This document shows positions 1 through 9,264 of a DNA stretch of 27,731 bases, in pieces. The notes under the pieces are model-generated. The model had not been told where the DNA came from. It was given only the letters and a program-made list of their open reading frames with translations, and did not search any database. This stretch comes from Phycisphaerae bacterium (GTDB taxonomy: Bacteria; Planctomycetota; Phycisphaerae; JAAYCJ01): assembly GCA_015486815.1 (NCBI GenBank), contig WFQY01000529.1, positions 1-27,731 of the forward strand. Direction: 5' to 3'. The number at the start of each line of letters is the position of its first letter. The stretch's first letter is position 1. Both the position numbers and the translations under genes were made by a program.

Positions 1-47
1 AATTTATAATTTACAATTTATAATTTACAATTTGTAATTTGTAAATT
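1..47. repeat. Tandem heptamer array AATTT(A/G)(T/C) x6 (1-42), truncated by the window edge, with an internal 9-bp inverted repeat
   Basis: AATTTAT AATTTAC AATTTAT AATTTAC AATTTGT AATTTGT read directly; AATTTACAA (22-30) is the reverse complement of TTGTAAATT (39-47); lies just downstream of the fliA stop. Confidence 0.9.
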
Positions 48-48
48 T

Positions 49-879
49 TTATTCCGCAGGAGCGGGCGAATCGGGGTGCTTAGGCAGGATGTCATCTTCA
101 AATTCATCCGAACGTGCGGAAAGATGCTGGCGAAGACGTTTGACAATGGCAGAGTGCATCTGGCTTACCCGCGATTCGGAAAGGTCAAGCGTAGCTCCTA
201 TCTCTTTCATCGTCAACTCTTCGTAATAATAGAGAAGAACGATAAGCCTTTCCGCTCGTGATAAGCCCCGCATAATAAGCTCTTTTATATCCCGCTTTTG
301 CATCTCACTTATCGGATTCTGGGAACGTTTATCTTCTAATACGTCAATCTCGCGGAGATCCTTATGGCTGTCGGATTCATTCTTAGAACGTGTTAAGCTG
401 ATGAACATACTGTTATTGGTATCGTTGAAAACTCGCTTGAACTCTTCGGGTGGAAGATCCATCTCTTCTGCGATTTCTTCCTCGGTAGGAACCCTACCAA
501 GCTGAGCTTCGAGGGCACGAGTCGCTTCATCGACTTTACGCATCCTGCTTCTGACGATACGCGGAACCCAATCACGCTCTCTTAGCTCATCTAATATCGC
601 ACCCCTGATGCGTCTGGAACAATATGTCTCGAACTTTACACCACGATTGATATCGAATGAAGTAATCGCATCGAACAAGCCGAAAACGCCTGAGCTAACG
701 AGATCATCAAGCTCGACCTCGTTCGGCAGCTTCTGCCAGACACGCTCGGCATTATATCTGACAATCGGCATATAATGCTCGATGAGCTTATTTCGAAGTT
801 CATCGCTGCGTGTCTGCTGATATTCTTTCCACAGCTGATCAATGTCGAGTTTTTCCGATTCCATCACTGTCTGATTCAT
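49..879 (-). CDS. fliA: RNA polymerase sigma-28 factor, FliA/WhiG family
   Basis: Region 2 ELDDLVSSGVFGLFDA..FD..RGVKFETY..RRIRGAILDELR..DWVPR; region 4 LYYYEELTMKEIGATLDLSESRVSQMH; SD GGAGGAG; last gene of the flagellar operon. Confidence 0.97.
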   Translation of the reverse strand: MNQTVMESEKLDIDQLWKEYQQTRSDELRNKLIEHYMPIVRYNAERVWQKLPNEVELDDLVSSGVFGLFDAITSFDINRGVKFETYCSRRIRGAILDELRERDWVPRIVRSRMRKVDEATRALEAQLGRVPTEEEIAEEMDLPPEEFKRVFNDTNNSMFISLTRSKNESDSHKDLREIDVLEDKRSQNPISEMQKRDIKELIMRGLSRAERLIVLLYYYEELTMKEIGATLDLSESRVSQMHSAIVKRLRQHLSARSDEFEDDILPKHPDSPAPAE

Positions 880-913
880 ATTACACTCCTCCGTGAGACT
901 GTAAATTTATACG

Positions 914-1204
914 TTAATTTGTCAAAGGTTCTGCCTGGCTCGTATTATTCGAAGATTCTTCTTGCTGAACGTCTTGCGCATTTTCTTCAGCCTGCTGTTG
1001 AGCTAACATTTTTTGCATTTGATGTTCATCGACAACAGCTTGGACGATAGCACCGGCGATTGCACCTAATATGAAAAACGCTATCATCGTCAACCATGCT
1101 CTGCTGAGTATGGTTTCAAACGGATTGCCCGCCAATAAGCCAGCGACTATCGCTGACGAAAATGCGAGTAATGCCAATATACCAGCTATTAATCTGACAA
1201 ACAC
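914..1204 (-). CDS. Small two-TM membrane protein with polar/acidic tail; putative FlgV-like flagellar basal-body protein
   Basis: GTG start; hydrophobic segments LIAGILALLAFSSAIVAGLLA and AWLTMIAFFILGAIAGAIVQAVV; Q/E/S/N-rich C-tail; located between flhG and fliA, the flgV position. The name rests on synteny and topology only. Confidence 0.7.
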   Translation of the reverse strand: MFVRLIAGILALLAFSSAIVAGLLAGNPFETILSRAWLTMIAFFILGAIAGAIVQAVVDEHQMQKMLAQQQAEENAQDVQQEESSNNTSQAEPLTN

Positions 1205-1238
1205 TTTTATATCAATTCACAAAATATAATTATTCGCC

Positions 1239-2090
1239 TTACCAGAATAAATTTGCCACCCTTCGCAGTAATGAAGTCTTCTGCTGAGGCGGCTGAACAT
1301 TCTTTGCTATTTTCGAAGCTAAACTCATAACACAACAACTTGCCTGCGAACGCGGAAATTCCAAAACAAACGGCTTACGCATCTTTACCGACTGTCCGAC
1401 GCAAGGGTCTTCCAAAATATACCCTGCATCGTATATGCTCGTGCCGAGAAATTTTCGTGATACTTGTAGCAACCGCTGATGGCATATTCGAGCTTCGTGT
1501 CGGGAGACCACCCGATTTAGCAAAACGCAAATTTTACCTGACACCTGATTTTGGACAGCTGTCTTTATCATCGCATACGCATCGGTAATTGCAGACGGTT
1601 CGGGCGTAGTTACCACTATAATTAAATCGGCAAGATCGACGAAGGAGATAACATTTCTGTCGATTCCCGCTGACGTATCGAAAATAATCCAGTCTGCATG
1701 GTTATTAAGGTCCGATAACAGTTGAATTAAATGCTGGCGTTCGAACTCCGTCAGATTCGCAAGTTTATCTTGTCCGGAGCCGCCCGGAATTATTTGCAAG
1801 CCCGGAGCAATATCGACGAGGACTTTTTCAAGAGGTATCTGGTTTGTCAATACGTGATAGATATTGTAGGGCTGATTTAATCCTAACAGAATATCGACAT
1901 TGGCAAGTCCGAGATCGACATCTACTATTACCACTCGTTTGTCGGTAGCACTGAGGCACAAACCGAGATTGATAGCTGTTACAGTCTTGCCGACTCCACC
2001 CTTGCCTGATGTCATAGTGATAATTTTAGCCTTCGTCGAATATTCCTTCATCATCTTCCTTAAATTTTCAGCTTGGTCGTTGACTGTCAT
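1239..2090 (-). CDS. flhG: Flagellar number regulator FlhG/FleN (MinD-like ATPase)
   Basis: Deviant Walker A TSGKGGVGKT, DVDLGLANVD, DTSAG, TPEPSAITDAY, C-terminal amphipathic SLLRRVANLFW. Start moved from the ORF call (2141) to ATG 2090, which makes an ATGA overlap with the flhF stop. Confidence 0.95.
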   Translation of the reverse strand: MTVNDQAENLRKMMKEYSTKAKIITMTSGKGGVGKTVTAINLGLCLSATDKRVVIVDVDLGLANVDILLGLNQPYNIYHVLTNQIPLEKVLVDIAPGLQIIPGGSGQDKLANLTEFERQHLIQLLSDLNNHADWIIFDTSAGIDRNVISFVDLADLIIVVTTPEPSAITDAYAMIKTAVQNQVSGKICVLLNRVVSRHEARICHQRLLQVSRKFLGTSIYDAGYILEDPCVGQSVKMRKPFVLEFPRSQASCCVMSLASKIAKNVQPPQQKTSLLRRVANLFW

Positions 2091-3286
2091 TTTGCTAGCC
2101 CCCCGCTCTTTTCCAATTGCAACTGTTCCTCTTCTTCCCATCGTTCAATATCGACGAGCAGTTTAGCGAGTTTATCCGCTGAGCTTGGTTCGATATCGTC
2201 GGGCACATTTTGGCCTGTGGTGATATATGAAATTGCGCGGTCGAGCTTTGGCATAATATTCAAAAGCATACCCATACCGACAGCTTCGTCCAATTTGGTC
2301 AGGATGACACGGTCGATATTAAGCTGAGAAAATCTTTTGATGTTCGTAAGAAGATTTTTCTGGCTTGACGTAGTGCTGAGTACCAGATGGATTTCACTTG
2401 GTTTAGCGGCATCGAGAAATGTTTTCAGCTCACGTAGTTTTATTTCATCGTTTTGACTTCTGCCAGCTGTGTCTATCAGAATAAGATGATTATCACTCAT
2501 CGCTTTGACTGCCTGCGAGAGTTCATCGGGCGAGAGGACGACGCGTAGCGGAACGTTGATAATGCTGGCGTAGGTACGTAGCTGATCGACAGCTGCTATT
2601 CGATATGTATCGATGGTTATCAAACCGACGGACTTATTTTCGCGTAATTTGAAATGAGCAGCGAGTTTTGCGATAGTAGTTGTTTTTCCCACGCCTGTCG
2701 GACCTACCAATGCGATGATTTTCGGTTTGCCCTGTTTGCCTGCGGAAATCGCACCGGCAGAAGGAATCATCTTTTCGACTACCTCAGCGATGGCAGAGCG
2801 AACATATTCTTTATTCCTGAGCTGATCGGACGGAAGTTTCGTCTTTACCTTTTTGACGATATCGTCAGCGAGTTCTTGCGCTACTTCCTGATTTATCAGA
2901 TACAGATATGCGGAAAATAGCTCTTCGGGAATTGTCGGATGCTGCTGTTTACGATTTTCTGTCAGAAGCTCTTCGACCATTTTCTTTACAAGTGTAAGTT
3001 CCTGCTCAATATGCCGAGTATCAGCGGAACGCTTTTTATCCGTATTATCGCTAATTGTGTTCTGACGAGTATCGCGAACATCGAGCAATCTTTTCTTCTG
3101 GTCGGGATGAAGCACTTTTACACCTTTGGTAGCTGTTATCTCGACAAGCGTTTTACCGCCGAGTCCGAAAATTCCGCCTTTCTTAAATGTTCTCGTGTTA
3201 AGTATGACCGCATCTCTACCAAGTTCGCGTCTTACTTTTGCCAACGCCTGTGCCATCGTTTCCGCCTGATATGTTTTCAGATTCAT
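2087..3286 (-). CDS. flhF: SRP-type GTPase FlhF
   Basis: N-terminal MNLKTYQAETMAQAL..VRRELG; GPTGVGKTTT, DTYRIAA, DTAGRS, TKLDE, GQNVPDDI; ATGA overlap with flhA; SD GGAGGAG. Confidence 0.97.
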   Translation of the reverse strand: MNLKTYQAETMAQALAKVRRELGRDAVILNTRTFKKGGIFGLGGKTLVEITATKGVKVLHPDQKKRLLDVRDTRQNTISDNTDKKRSADTRHIEQELTLVKKMVEELLTENRKQQHPTIPEELFSAYLYLINQEVAQELADDIVKKVKTKLPSDQLRNKEYVRSAIAEVVEKMIPSAGAISAGKQGKPKIIALVGPTGVGKTTTIAKLAAHFKLRENKSVGLITIDTYRIAAVDQLRTYASIINVPLRVVLSPDELSQAVKAMSDNHLILIDTAGRSQNDEIKLRELKTFLDAAKPSEIHLVLSTTSSQKNLLTNIKRFSQLNIDRVILTKLDEAVGMGMLLNIMPKLDRAISYITTGQNVPDDIEPSSADKLAKLLVDIERWEEEEQLQLEKSGGLAK

Positions 3287-5394
3287 AACTCCTCCACCGT
3301 TACCATACCGTGCGATTTGACTCGCACCTCTTTGACAATTTCGTTAAACGAAAGCACCGGAATATTTGGAATCGCAGCTTCTATAAGTCTGCGCAGCTGC
3401 AAACGTATCTGCGGCGAGCAGAGAATAACAAGATTGCCCGGAGCTACCGCTGCTTTGTTTATTGTGCTTTGTATCGCCTCTACGATCTTATTCGCTTGTG
3501 CGGGCGGAAGTGTCAGATACGAGCCTGTCTCGGTACGCTCGATGTGCGAATTGATATTATCTTCAAGTGCAGGGTCGAGAGTTATACAGTTGATATTTCC
3601 CTGTCCGTCCTGATATTGTGCACAAATAGAACGTGCAAGTGCATTTCTGACATATTCGGTAAGTATTTCGAGATCTTTCGTCCTCGTAGCCCAATCGCCA
3701 AGGGTCTCGATAATAGTTTGCAAGTCTCTGATCGGAACCGATTCACGAAGCAGATTTTGCAATACCTTTTGTATTTCGCTGAGTTTGAGAACATGTCCGA
3801 CGACCTCTTCAACGAGTGCAGGTGATTTTTCTTTCAACGTGTTGATGAGCTTTTGTGTTTCATCTCTTGTGAGAAGCTCCGACGAATGACGCTTTATAAT
3901 ATCGGTCAGATGTGTTGCTATAACCGAGCTTGCCGGTACGACGGTATAATTCGCTTTTTCCGCTTTAGCACGGTCAGCTTCGGTGATCCAAACCGCTGGC
4001 AGTCCGAAGGCTGGCTCTCTGGTTTCGGTGCCTGAGATCTTTTCCGTAGTCGCTCCGGAATCGATTGCGAGATATTGGCCTGGCATGCTATGGCCTCGGG
4101 CAACTTCGACACCACGGAGCTTGATGATATATTCGTTGGGCTCGATTTGTATATTGTCGTGGATACGGATCGGTGGAACGATAATTCCGAATTCGGATGC
4201 TATTTGTCGGCGAATCATACTAATCCTATCGAGCAAATCGCCACCTTGATTTTTATCAACAAGACGAACAAGCCCATATCCGACTTCAAGCTCGAGCGGG
4301 TCAACAGTAAGCAGAGATTCTATAGGCTGTTGTTTCGGAACAGCTTGTTTTGCACGTTCAGCGGCAGCTAATTTTATCGCTTGCTGTTTTTGGGTATTTG
4401 AAAGCAGGTATGCCATACCAGCACAAGAACCGCCAAGCACTATCAACGGCAGCTTAGGCAGAGGTGTAAGTGCAAGCAGTGCGAGAAAACCAGCGGTTAT
4501 CCCGAGTGCTATCGGTTTGGAAAGAAGCTGACCGACAAGCTCTTCGCCAAGATTGGTCTGCGATGTGGATCGGGTAACTATCAAGCCGGCGGAGATGGAA
4601 ATGATGAACGCTGGTATCTGTGTTACCAACCCATCGCCTATAGTCAGTTTGGTAAAGGTCGCAAGACACTGACGGACATCCCAGCCATATTCCACCATTC
4701 CGACATATAATCCACCCAAGATATTCACCAACGTAATTATGATACCAGCGATAGCATCGCCACGTACGAATTTTGATGCACCATCCATCGCACCGTAGAA
4801 ATCAGCTTCTCGTGTAATTTCCGAGCGTCGCATCTTCGCTTCTTTCTCGTCTATCAATCCGGCATTTAGGTCGGCATCGATAGCCATCTGTTTTCCGGGC
4901 ATACCGTCGAGTGTAAATCTCGCTGCCACTTCACTTATTCTTGTCGCACCTTTGGTAATAACGACAAACTGAATAACGACGATGATTATGAATATAATCA
5001 TTCCGACAGCAAGTGAACCGCCGGCAACGAAATTGCCGAAGGTCTGAATCACCTTGCCAGCTGCTGCTGTCGCCTGCGTCGGGTCGGAATATCTCTCACC
5101 AGCAGTAAGAATCAATCTGGTACTTGCGGTATTCAGCACCAATCTGAATAATGTCGTCGCTAACAGCAGCGAAGGAAAAGATGAAAACTCGAGCGGTCGG
5201 GTAACGTAAATCGTGGTAAGCAGAATAACCGCTGCCAATGTGATGTTACACGAAAGCAAAATATCCATCATTGGCGTTGGCAGAGGAACGAGAATAACGA
5301 GTACAAGCGAAGTAGCTGCTATCGGAACAATCAAACCACGATTGCGATGCAGCCAATTCAAAACTCCGTTTTGTCCTATCGCCATTACTGCCAT
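3283..5394 (-). CDS. flhA: Flagellar export gate protein FlhA
   Basis: FHIPEP signature RFTLDGMPGKQMAIDADL..ADFYGAMDGASKFVRGDAIAG; multi-TM N-terminus; cytoplasmic domain with DPLELEVGYGLV. Confidence 0.98.
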   Translation of the reverse strand: MAVMAIGQNGVLNWLHRNRGLIVPIAATSLVLVILVPLPTPMMDILLSCNITLAAVILLTTIYVTRPLEFSSFPSLLLATTLFRLVLNTASTRLILTAGERYSDPTQATAAAGKVIQTFGNFVAGGSLAVGMIIFIIIVVIQFVVITKGATRISEVAARFTLDGMPGKQMAIDADLNAGLIDEKEAKMRRSEITREADFYGAMDGASKFVRGDAIAGIIITLVNILGGLYVGMVEYGWDVRQCLATFTKLTIGDGLVTQIPAFIISISAGLIVTRSTSQTNLGEELVGQLLSKPIALGITAGFLALLALTPLPKLPLIVLGGSCAGMAYLLSNTQKQQAIKLAAAERAKQAVPKQQPIESLLTVDPLELEVGYGLVRLVDKNQGGDLLDRISMIRRQIASEFGIIVPPIRIHDNIQIEPNEYIIKLRGVEVARGHSMPGQYLAIDSGATTEKISGTETREPAFGLPAVWITEADRAKAEKANYTVVPASSVIATHLTDIIKRHSSELLTRDETQKLINTLKEKSPALVEEVVGHVLKLSEIQKVLQNLLRESVPIRDLQTIIETLGDWATRTKDLEILTEYVRNALARSICAQYQDGQGNINCITLDPALEDNINSHIERTETGSYLTLPPAQANKIVEAIQSTINKAAVAPGNLVILCSPQIRLQLRRLIEAAIPNIPVLSFNEIVKEVRVKSHGMVTVEEL

Positions 5395-5416
5395 TTGTTT
5401 TGTCTATTAAATCCTT

Positions 5417-5463
5417 TCTTTACGTCTTTATGTCTTCTGCCTTTAGATCTTTATGTCTTTATG
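5417..5463. repeat. Degenerate octamer tandem repeat TCTTTA(T/C)G x6 filling the flhB-flhA spacer
   Basis: tctttacg tctttatg tcttctg cctttaga tctttatg tctttatg; the last unit overlaps the flhB stop codon. Confidence 0.8.
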
Positions 5464-6547
5464 CCAGTTGTTCTCGATACTGATTTGCTTTTCCGCTTAT
5501 TTCATATACATACGCAAGAATTTCAGCTACCGCTTTATAAAATGCAGGTGGTATTTCCTGGCCTACTTCCACCGAGCTATATAATGCTCTCGCTAACGGC
5601 TTACGTTGAACTATGGGTACATCATTTTCGATGGCAATTTGCCTTATTCGATGAGCGACCAAATCGACACCTTTAGCAATCACCTTGGGCGCATTCATTG
5701 TTTGAGCGTCATATTTTATCGCTACCGCATAATGAGTCGGGTTTGTAACCACTACATCAGCGTTAGGAACAGTAGATTGTATTCGCTGCATTGCAAGCTG
5801 CTGAGCTACGCGTCGGCGCCTTTCCTTTACAAGCGGGTCTCCTTCCATTCGGCGAAGTTCTTCTTTCAGTTCCTGTTTGCTCATACGGAGTCCCTGTTCG
5901 TGTTTATGACGATTGTATGCATAATCGGCAATACCGAGCACGAGTAAAATCAGAGCTAACCGAACGCCAAGAGTAAACATCAACTCACCCATAATCACGG
6001 TTATGTGCCAGTAATCTTCGCCTGAAAGATTGACGATTACGGGCATACGCGACTTAATTGTAAAGTACGCTACCGCTCCGATAAGGGCAACTTTGAACAT
6101 ACTGATAATCAGCCTGACGAGCGATTGAAGCGAAAACAGCTTTCCGAAGCCCGAGATAGGATTGATTTTTTCGAGGTCGGGCTTTAACGGATGGCCACTG
6201 AAAATAAATCCCACCTGTGCCAGTGTAATCGCGATAGCTATTACCATCAGAATCAACGAAACGGGAATTACCGATTTCGCAAGTATCTGAATGGCGAAAC
6301 TGCCCATATTCCAGAGCGAATCGCTGCTCAGAGCATCGCTTCCCGAATATCCGAGCATATATTTTGTAAGGTTAAGTAGATTTTTCATTATAGCGGGTGC
6401 AAAGAAATTAAGGACAAGCATCGAGATAAGCAGCGCACCGGCAGCTGTCAGGTCAGCGGATTTTGCTACCTGTCCGCGTTCTCGAGCTTCCATCCGCCTT
6501 CTCGGCGTCGGGGCCTCTGTTTTTTCTTCAAAATCACCCGGAGGCAT
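5459..6547 (-). CDS. flhB: Flagellar export substrate-specificity switch FlhB
   Basis: EEKTEAPTPRRR..ARERGQV N-terminus, 4 TM segments, EGDPLVK, NPTH autocleavage motif, full C-terminal domain. Confidence 0.98.
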   Translation of the reverse strand: MPPGDFEEKTEAPTPRRRMEARERGQVAKSADLTAAGALLISMLVLNFFAPAIMKNLLNLTKYMLGYSGSDALSSDSLWNMGSFAIQILAKSVIPVSLILMVIAIAITLAQVGFIFSGHPLKPDLEKINPISGFGKLFSLQSLVRLIISMFKVALIGAVAYFTIKSRMPVIVNLSGEDYWHITVIMGELMFTLGVRLALILLVLGIADYAYNRHKHEQGLRMSKQELKEELRRMEGDPLVKERRRRVAQQLAMQRIQSTVPNADVVVTNPTHYAVAIKYDAQTMNAPKVIAKGVDLVAHRIRQIAIENDVPIVQRKPLARALYSSVEVGQEIPPAFYKAVAEILAYVYEISGKANQYREQLA

Positions 6548-6565
6548 CCTTGCCTTTCCTCAATA

Positions 6566-7345
6566 TTATAATCCCAATATTCTATACAACATATCAAACC
6601 CTTTATCCAAACCGGTAAGGAAAATTTGTATCGCAGGTATCAGACAGATAACTACTAATACAAATCCCATAATCGCACGTATGGAAAATCCCACAGAGAG
6701 AATATTAAATTGCGGGACGGTTCGTGTGATAAATCCCATTGCAAGAGTCGCAAGGAGTATCGCAACGATAACCGGCGCAGAAATTTGAAAAGCCATTGCA
6801 AAAGACAGCTGAAGCATATCTGCGAGATTCGAAATGAGATCTTTGTTAGCTACGAATTGCCCCGGTGCGAGAGTATGAAAACTGTTTATCATCGCTTTAA
6901 GCAGAATGATATGTCCGTTAATCAACAGGAAGATAATCATAGCTAACCAAAAGTAGAACTGTCCGAGTACCGAACTCTGCTCATTAAATAGCGGGTCGAA
7001 TACTCTCGCAAGTGCAATACCAAGCTGTTGGCCTATCATCAAACCGGCAAGCTGAAGTCCAGCGAATACCGCTGTTATCACAAACCCTATCGCTAATCCT
7101 ATCATAAGCTCCGAAAAAATCATCACAACTAATCCGCCCATATTATTTACCGATGCAGCGGAAACAGATACGAACGGAAGAATAACTATGGTAATCGCCA
7201 ACGATAGCATTATTCTGACCTTAACCGGTATGGAAGTACTCGAAAAGAACGGTACGAATATTACAAGACCCGTTACTCTGGCTAATACCAGAGCTATTAG
7301 CGGCAGATTAGTTATTGTATGTAATAATTGCATCGTATCGTTCAT
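6566..7345 (-). CDS. fliR: Flagellar export protein FliR
   Basis: LARVTGLV..PFF, multi-TM, AGLMIGQQLG, TVPQFNILSVGF; 1-nt TAATG overlap with fliQ. Confidence 0.95.
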   Translation of the reverse strand: MNDTMQLLHTITNLPLIALVLARVTGLVIFVPFFSSTSIPVKVRIMLSLAITIVILPFVSVSAASVNNMGGLVVMIFSELMIGLAIGFVITAVFAGLQLAGLMIGQQLGIALARVFDPLFNEQSSVLGQFYFWLAMIIFLLINGHIILLKAMINSFHTLAPGQFVANKDLISNLADMLQLSFAMAFQISAPVIVAILLATLAMGFITRTVPQFNILSVGFSIRAIMGFVLVVICLIPAIQIFLTGLDKGFDMLYRILGL

Positions 7346-7611
7346 TACTTAGCACCAAGTGAAAACATCGTTTGCGCAAATGACAAAATTTTAATCAAAA
7401 GCCAAGGCATAAAAACAATAGCTGCTATTGCCATCGCTATCATCTTCGGGACAAAAGTAAGAGTCTGCTCTTGTATCTGCGTAACAGCTTGCAATAGACT
7501 TATGACCAATCCGATAAGCATACCGACAATCAAAACAGGCCCAGCCAGCTGAACGACGAGAATCAACGAATATCTCGCTATATCCAAAGCTTGTGCTACT
7601 GTCATTGTCAT
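7345..7611 (-). CDS. fliQ: Flagellar export protein FliQ
   Basis: GLVISLLQAVTQIQEQTLTFVPK signature; 88 aa. Confidence 0.97.
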   Translation of the reverse strand: MTMTVAQALDIARYSLILVVQLAGPVLIVGMLIGLVISLLQAVTQIQEQTLTFVPKMIAMAIAAIVFMPWLLIKILSFAQTMFSLGAK

Positions 7612-7624
7612 ATTATTTTTTCCT

Positions 7625-8425
7625 TTATACGAAACTACTTACCAGACTTCCGATTACCAAATGCCAGCCATCGACCAGCACGAATAACAACAACTTGAAT
7701 GGTAGTGAAACAAGCATCGGTGGCAGCATCAACATACCCATAGATATCAACACCGATGCGATTACCATATCGATTATCAAAAATGGCAGATAGATTCTAA
7801 AACCTATGATGAATGCGGTTTTAAGCTCACTCGTAATGAACGCAGGAATGAGCACGCTCGAAGGGACATCCGCCCATGTTTTGACATTTGTCCTGTTGGT
7901 CTCTTCGAGAAACATATATACGTCCTGCTCGTTGTTTGTCACTTCTATCTGCTTAATCATAAATTCGCGTAACGGTTTCATTGCGAGTTCGAATGCTTGT
8001 GCTTGTGAGATTCGATTGTTCAAATAGGGAGTCAAAGCTTGATTTTGTATTTTATACCACGTAGGTGCCATTATCATAAACGTCATAAACAACGCCAAAC
8101 TTATCAGCACCTGATTAGGGGGCAGCTGTTGCGTAGCGAGTGCCTGCCTGAGCAATCCGAGCACGACAATAATGCGAGTAAAGCAAGTAACCATAACTAA
8201 GATGCCTGGAGCAAGTGCGAGAACGGTAAGTACGATTAGAATTTGTATGGCAGCTGACACTCCGTTAGCATCTTTTGCCTGCGGAACCACACCACGAAGG
8301 TCGGGGATATAAATGCCTCCCCCTGCCTGCGCATACACCGATGGTGCAATAGATAACAGAACTAAAATACCTACTATTACCATCCGTGTAACCCTTACCG
8401 ATGTGATGTAATTAACACCATCCAT
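7625..8425 (-). CDS. fliP: Flagellar export protein FliP
   Basis: TCFTRIIVVLGLLRQALATQQLPPNQVL, PAFITSELKTAF.IGF..YLPFLIIDMVIAS.L.SMGM.MLPP..SLPFKLLLFVLVDGW. Confidence 0.98.
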   Translation of the reverse strand: MDGVNYITSVRVTRMVIVGILVLLSIAPSVYAQAGGGIYIPDLRGVVPQAKDANGVSAAIQILIVLTVLALAPGILVMVTCFTRIIVVLGLLRQALATQQLPPNQVLISLALFMTFMIMAPTWYKIQNQALTPYLNNRISQAQAFELAMKPLREFMIKQIEVTNNEQDVYMFLEETNRTNVKTWADVPSSVLIPAFITSELKTAFIIGFRIYLPFLIIDMVIASVLISMGMLMLPPMLVSLPFKLLLFVLVDGWHLVIGSLVSSFV

Positions 8426-8431
8426 AGTGCA

Positions 8432-9172
8432 TCAATCCCGGCGTCCTATGCCCTTAAGTTTTTCTACCTTATTTAATAACATATTTATCTCATTTTGCAA
8501 GCCTAAAACATCTTTTTCTTCGATTTTATCAGACGTTTTTTCCGAATCGCTCTGCTGCGATTCGTCCGAGGAAACGTTTAGATTTTCCGCTTCATTTTTG
8601 AACAAATGACGAAACGTTGAGCTGATGCTCGATGTACGATTTTGTTCGATATACGAAATCAGCTTCGAGACCTCATTTTCATCGCCGATTGTCATTATGG
8701 CAGATATATGATGCTCGGTTACACCTAACAATACAATTCGATTGCTTATCTTTATCGCAATCAACGATTGCTTAGGCGAAAGGTTTGTCCTTCCGAGTAT
8801 ATTAACGATGGGAAGTGTTCCGAATAGCATCGTTCCGCCTGGCCAAGCTTTGCGAAGTATCCATGCGAGAACGATAATTATCAATATGACAAAAACGAGA
8901 GCGATTGTCGTGCTTGTGAAAATCGAACCGCTACCAAATGCGGATGTCTTGTCAGACGAAGATTTTTCTTTATTTTTGTACCTGTCCGGAATGTGAATTA
9001 TCTTATTCTCGACGGAATTGTTGCTCGTTTGAGGTTTTGATTTTGAGATATTGACAGCTTGGTTTGGTACCGGCGATGTGTCTTGCGCATAGATATTTTC
9101 GCAAGAAAAAGATATCGTCAGTCCGATAACTGTTAGCAATAAGGAAGAATATATTGTTCGGAAATCTATCAT
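8432..9172 (-). CDS. fliO: Flagellar biosynthesis protein FliO/FliZ with long N-terminal extension
   Basis: TM ALVFVILIIIVLAWIL followed by VNILGRTNLSPKQSLIAIKISNRIVLLGVTEHHISAI (FliO beta domain); position between fliN and fliP. Confidence 0.88.
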   Translation of the reverse strand: MIDFRTIYSSLLLTVIGLTISFSCENIYAQDTSPVPNQAVNISKSKPQTSNNSVENKIIHIPDRYKNKEKSSSDKTSAFGSGSIFTSTTIALVFVILIIIVLAWILRKAWPGGTMLFGTLPIVNILGRTNLSPKQSLIAIKISNRIVLLGVTEHHISAIMTIGDENEVSKLISYIEQNRTSSISSTFRHLFKNEAENLNVSSDESQQSDSEKTSDKIEEKDVLGLQNEINMLLNKVEKLKGIGRRD

Positions 9173-9264
9173 AGCCTGGCTTTCCTTTCGTCTGGTTGAA
9201 AATCAAATTCGGCGAAATCAGACGAATTTACTCTATTTCATTTCCGTAAGCGATTATTTATTAC

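Noticed and set aside
3240-3255. Sigma54-like TGGCAC-N5-TTGGC
   Set aside because: The invariant -12 GC is broken and the site lies inside flhF coding sequence
2939-3613. Long plus-strand ORFs (also 3310-3825, 21446-22003, 24563-25042, 25536-26075)
   Set aside because: Antisense shadows of well-supported minus-strand genes; no recognisable motifs or SD signals
9187-9226. 11-bp imperfect inverted repeat in the fliN-fliO spacer as a terminator
   Set aside because: 18-nt loop, a mismatch on the transcribed strand and no U tract
9206-9230. Sigma28-like TAAA-N13-GCCGAATT upstream of fliO
   Set aside because: Spacer is 2 nt short and the -10 is imperfect
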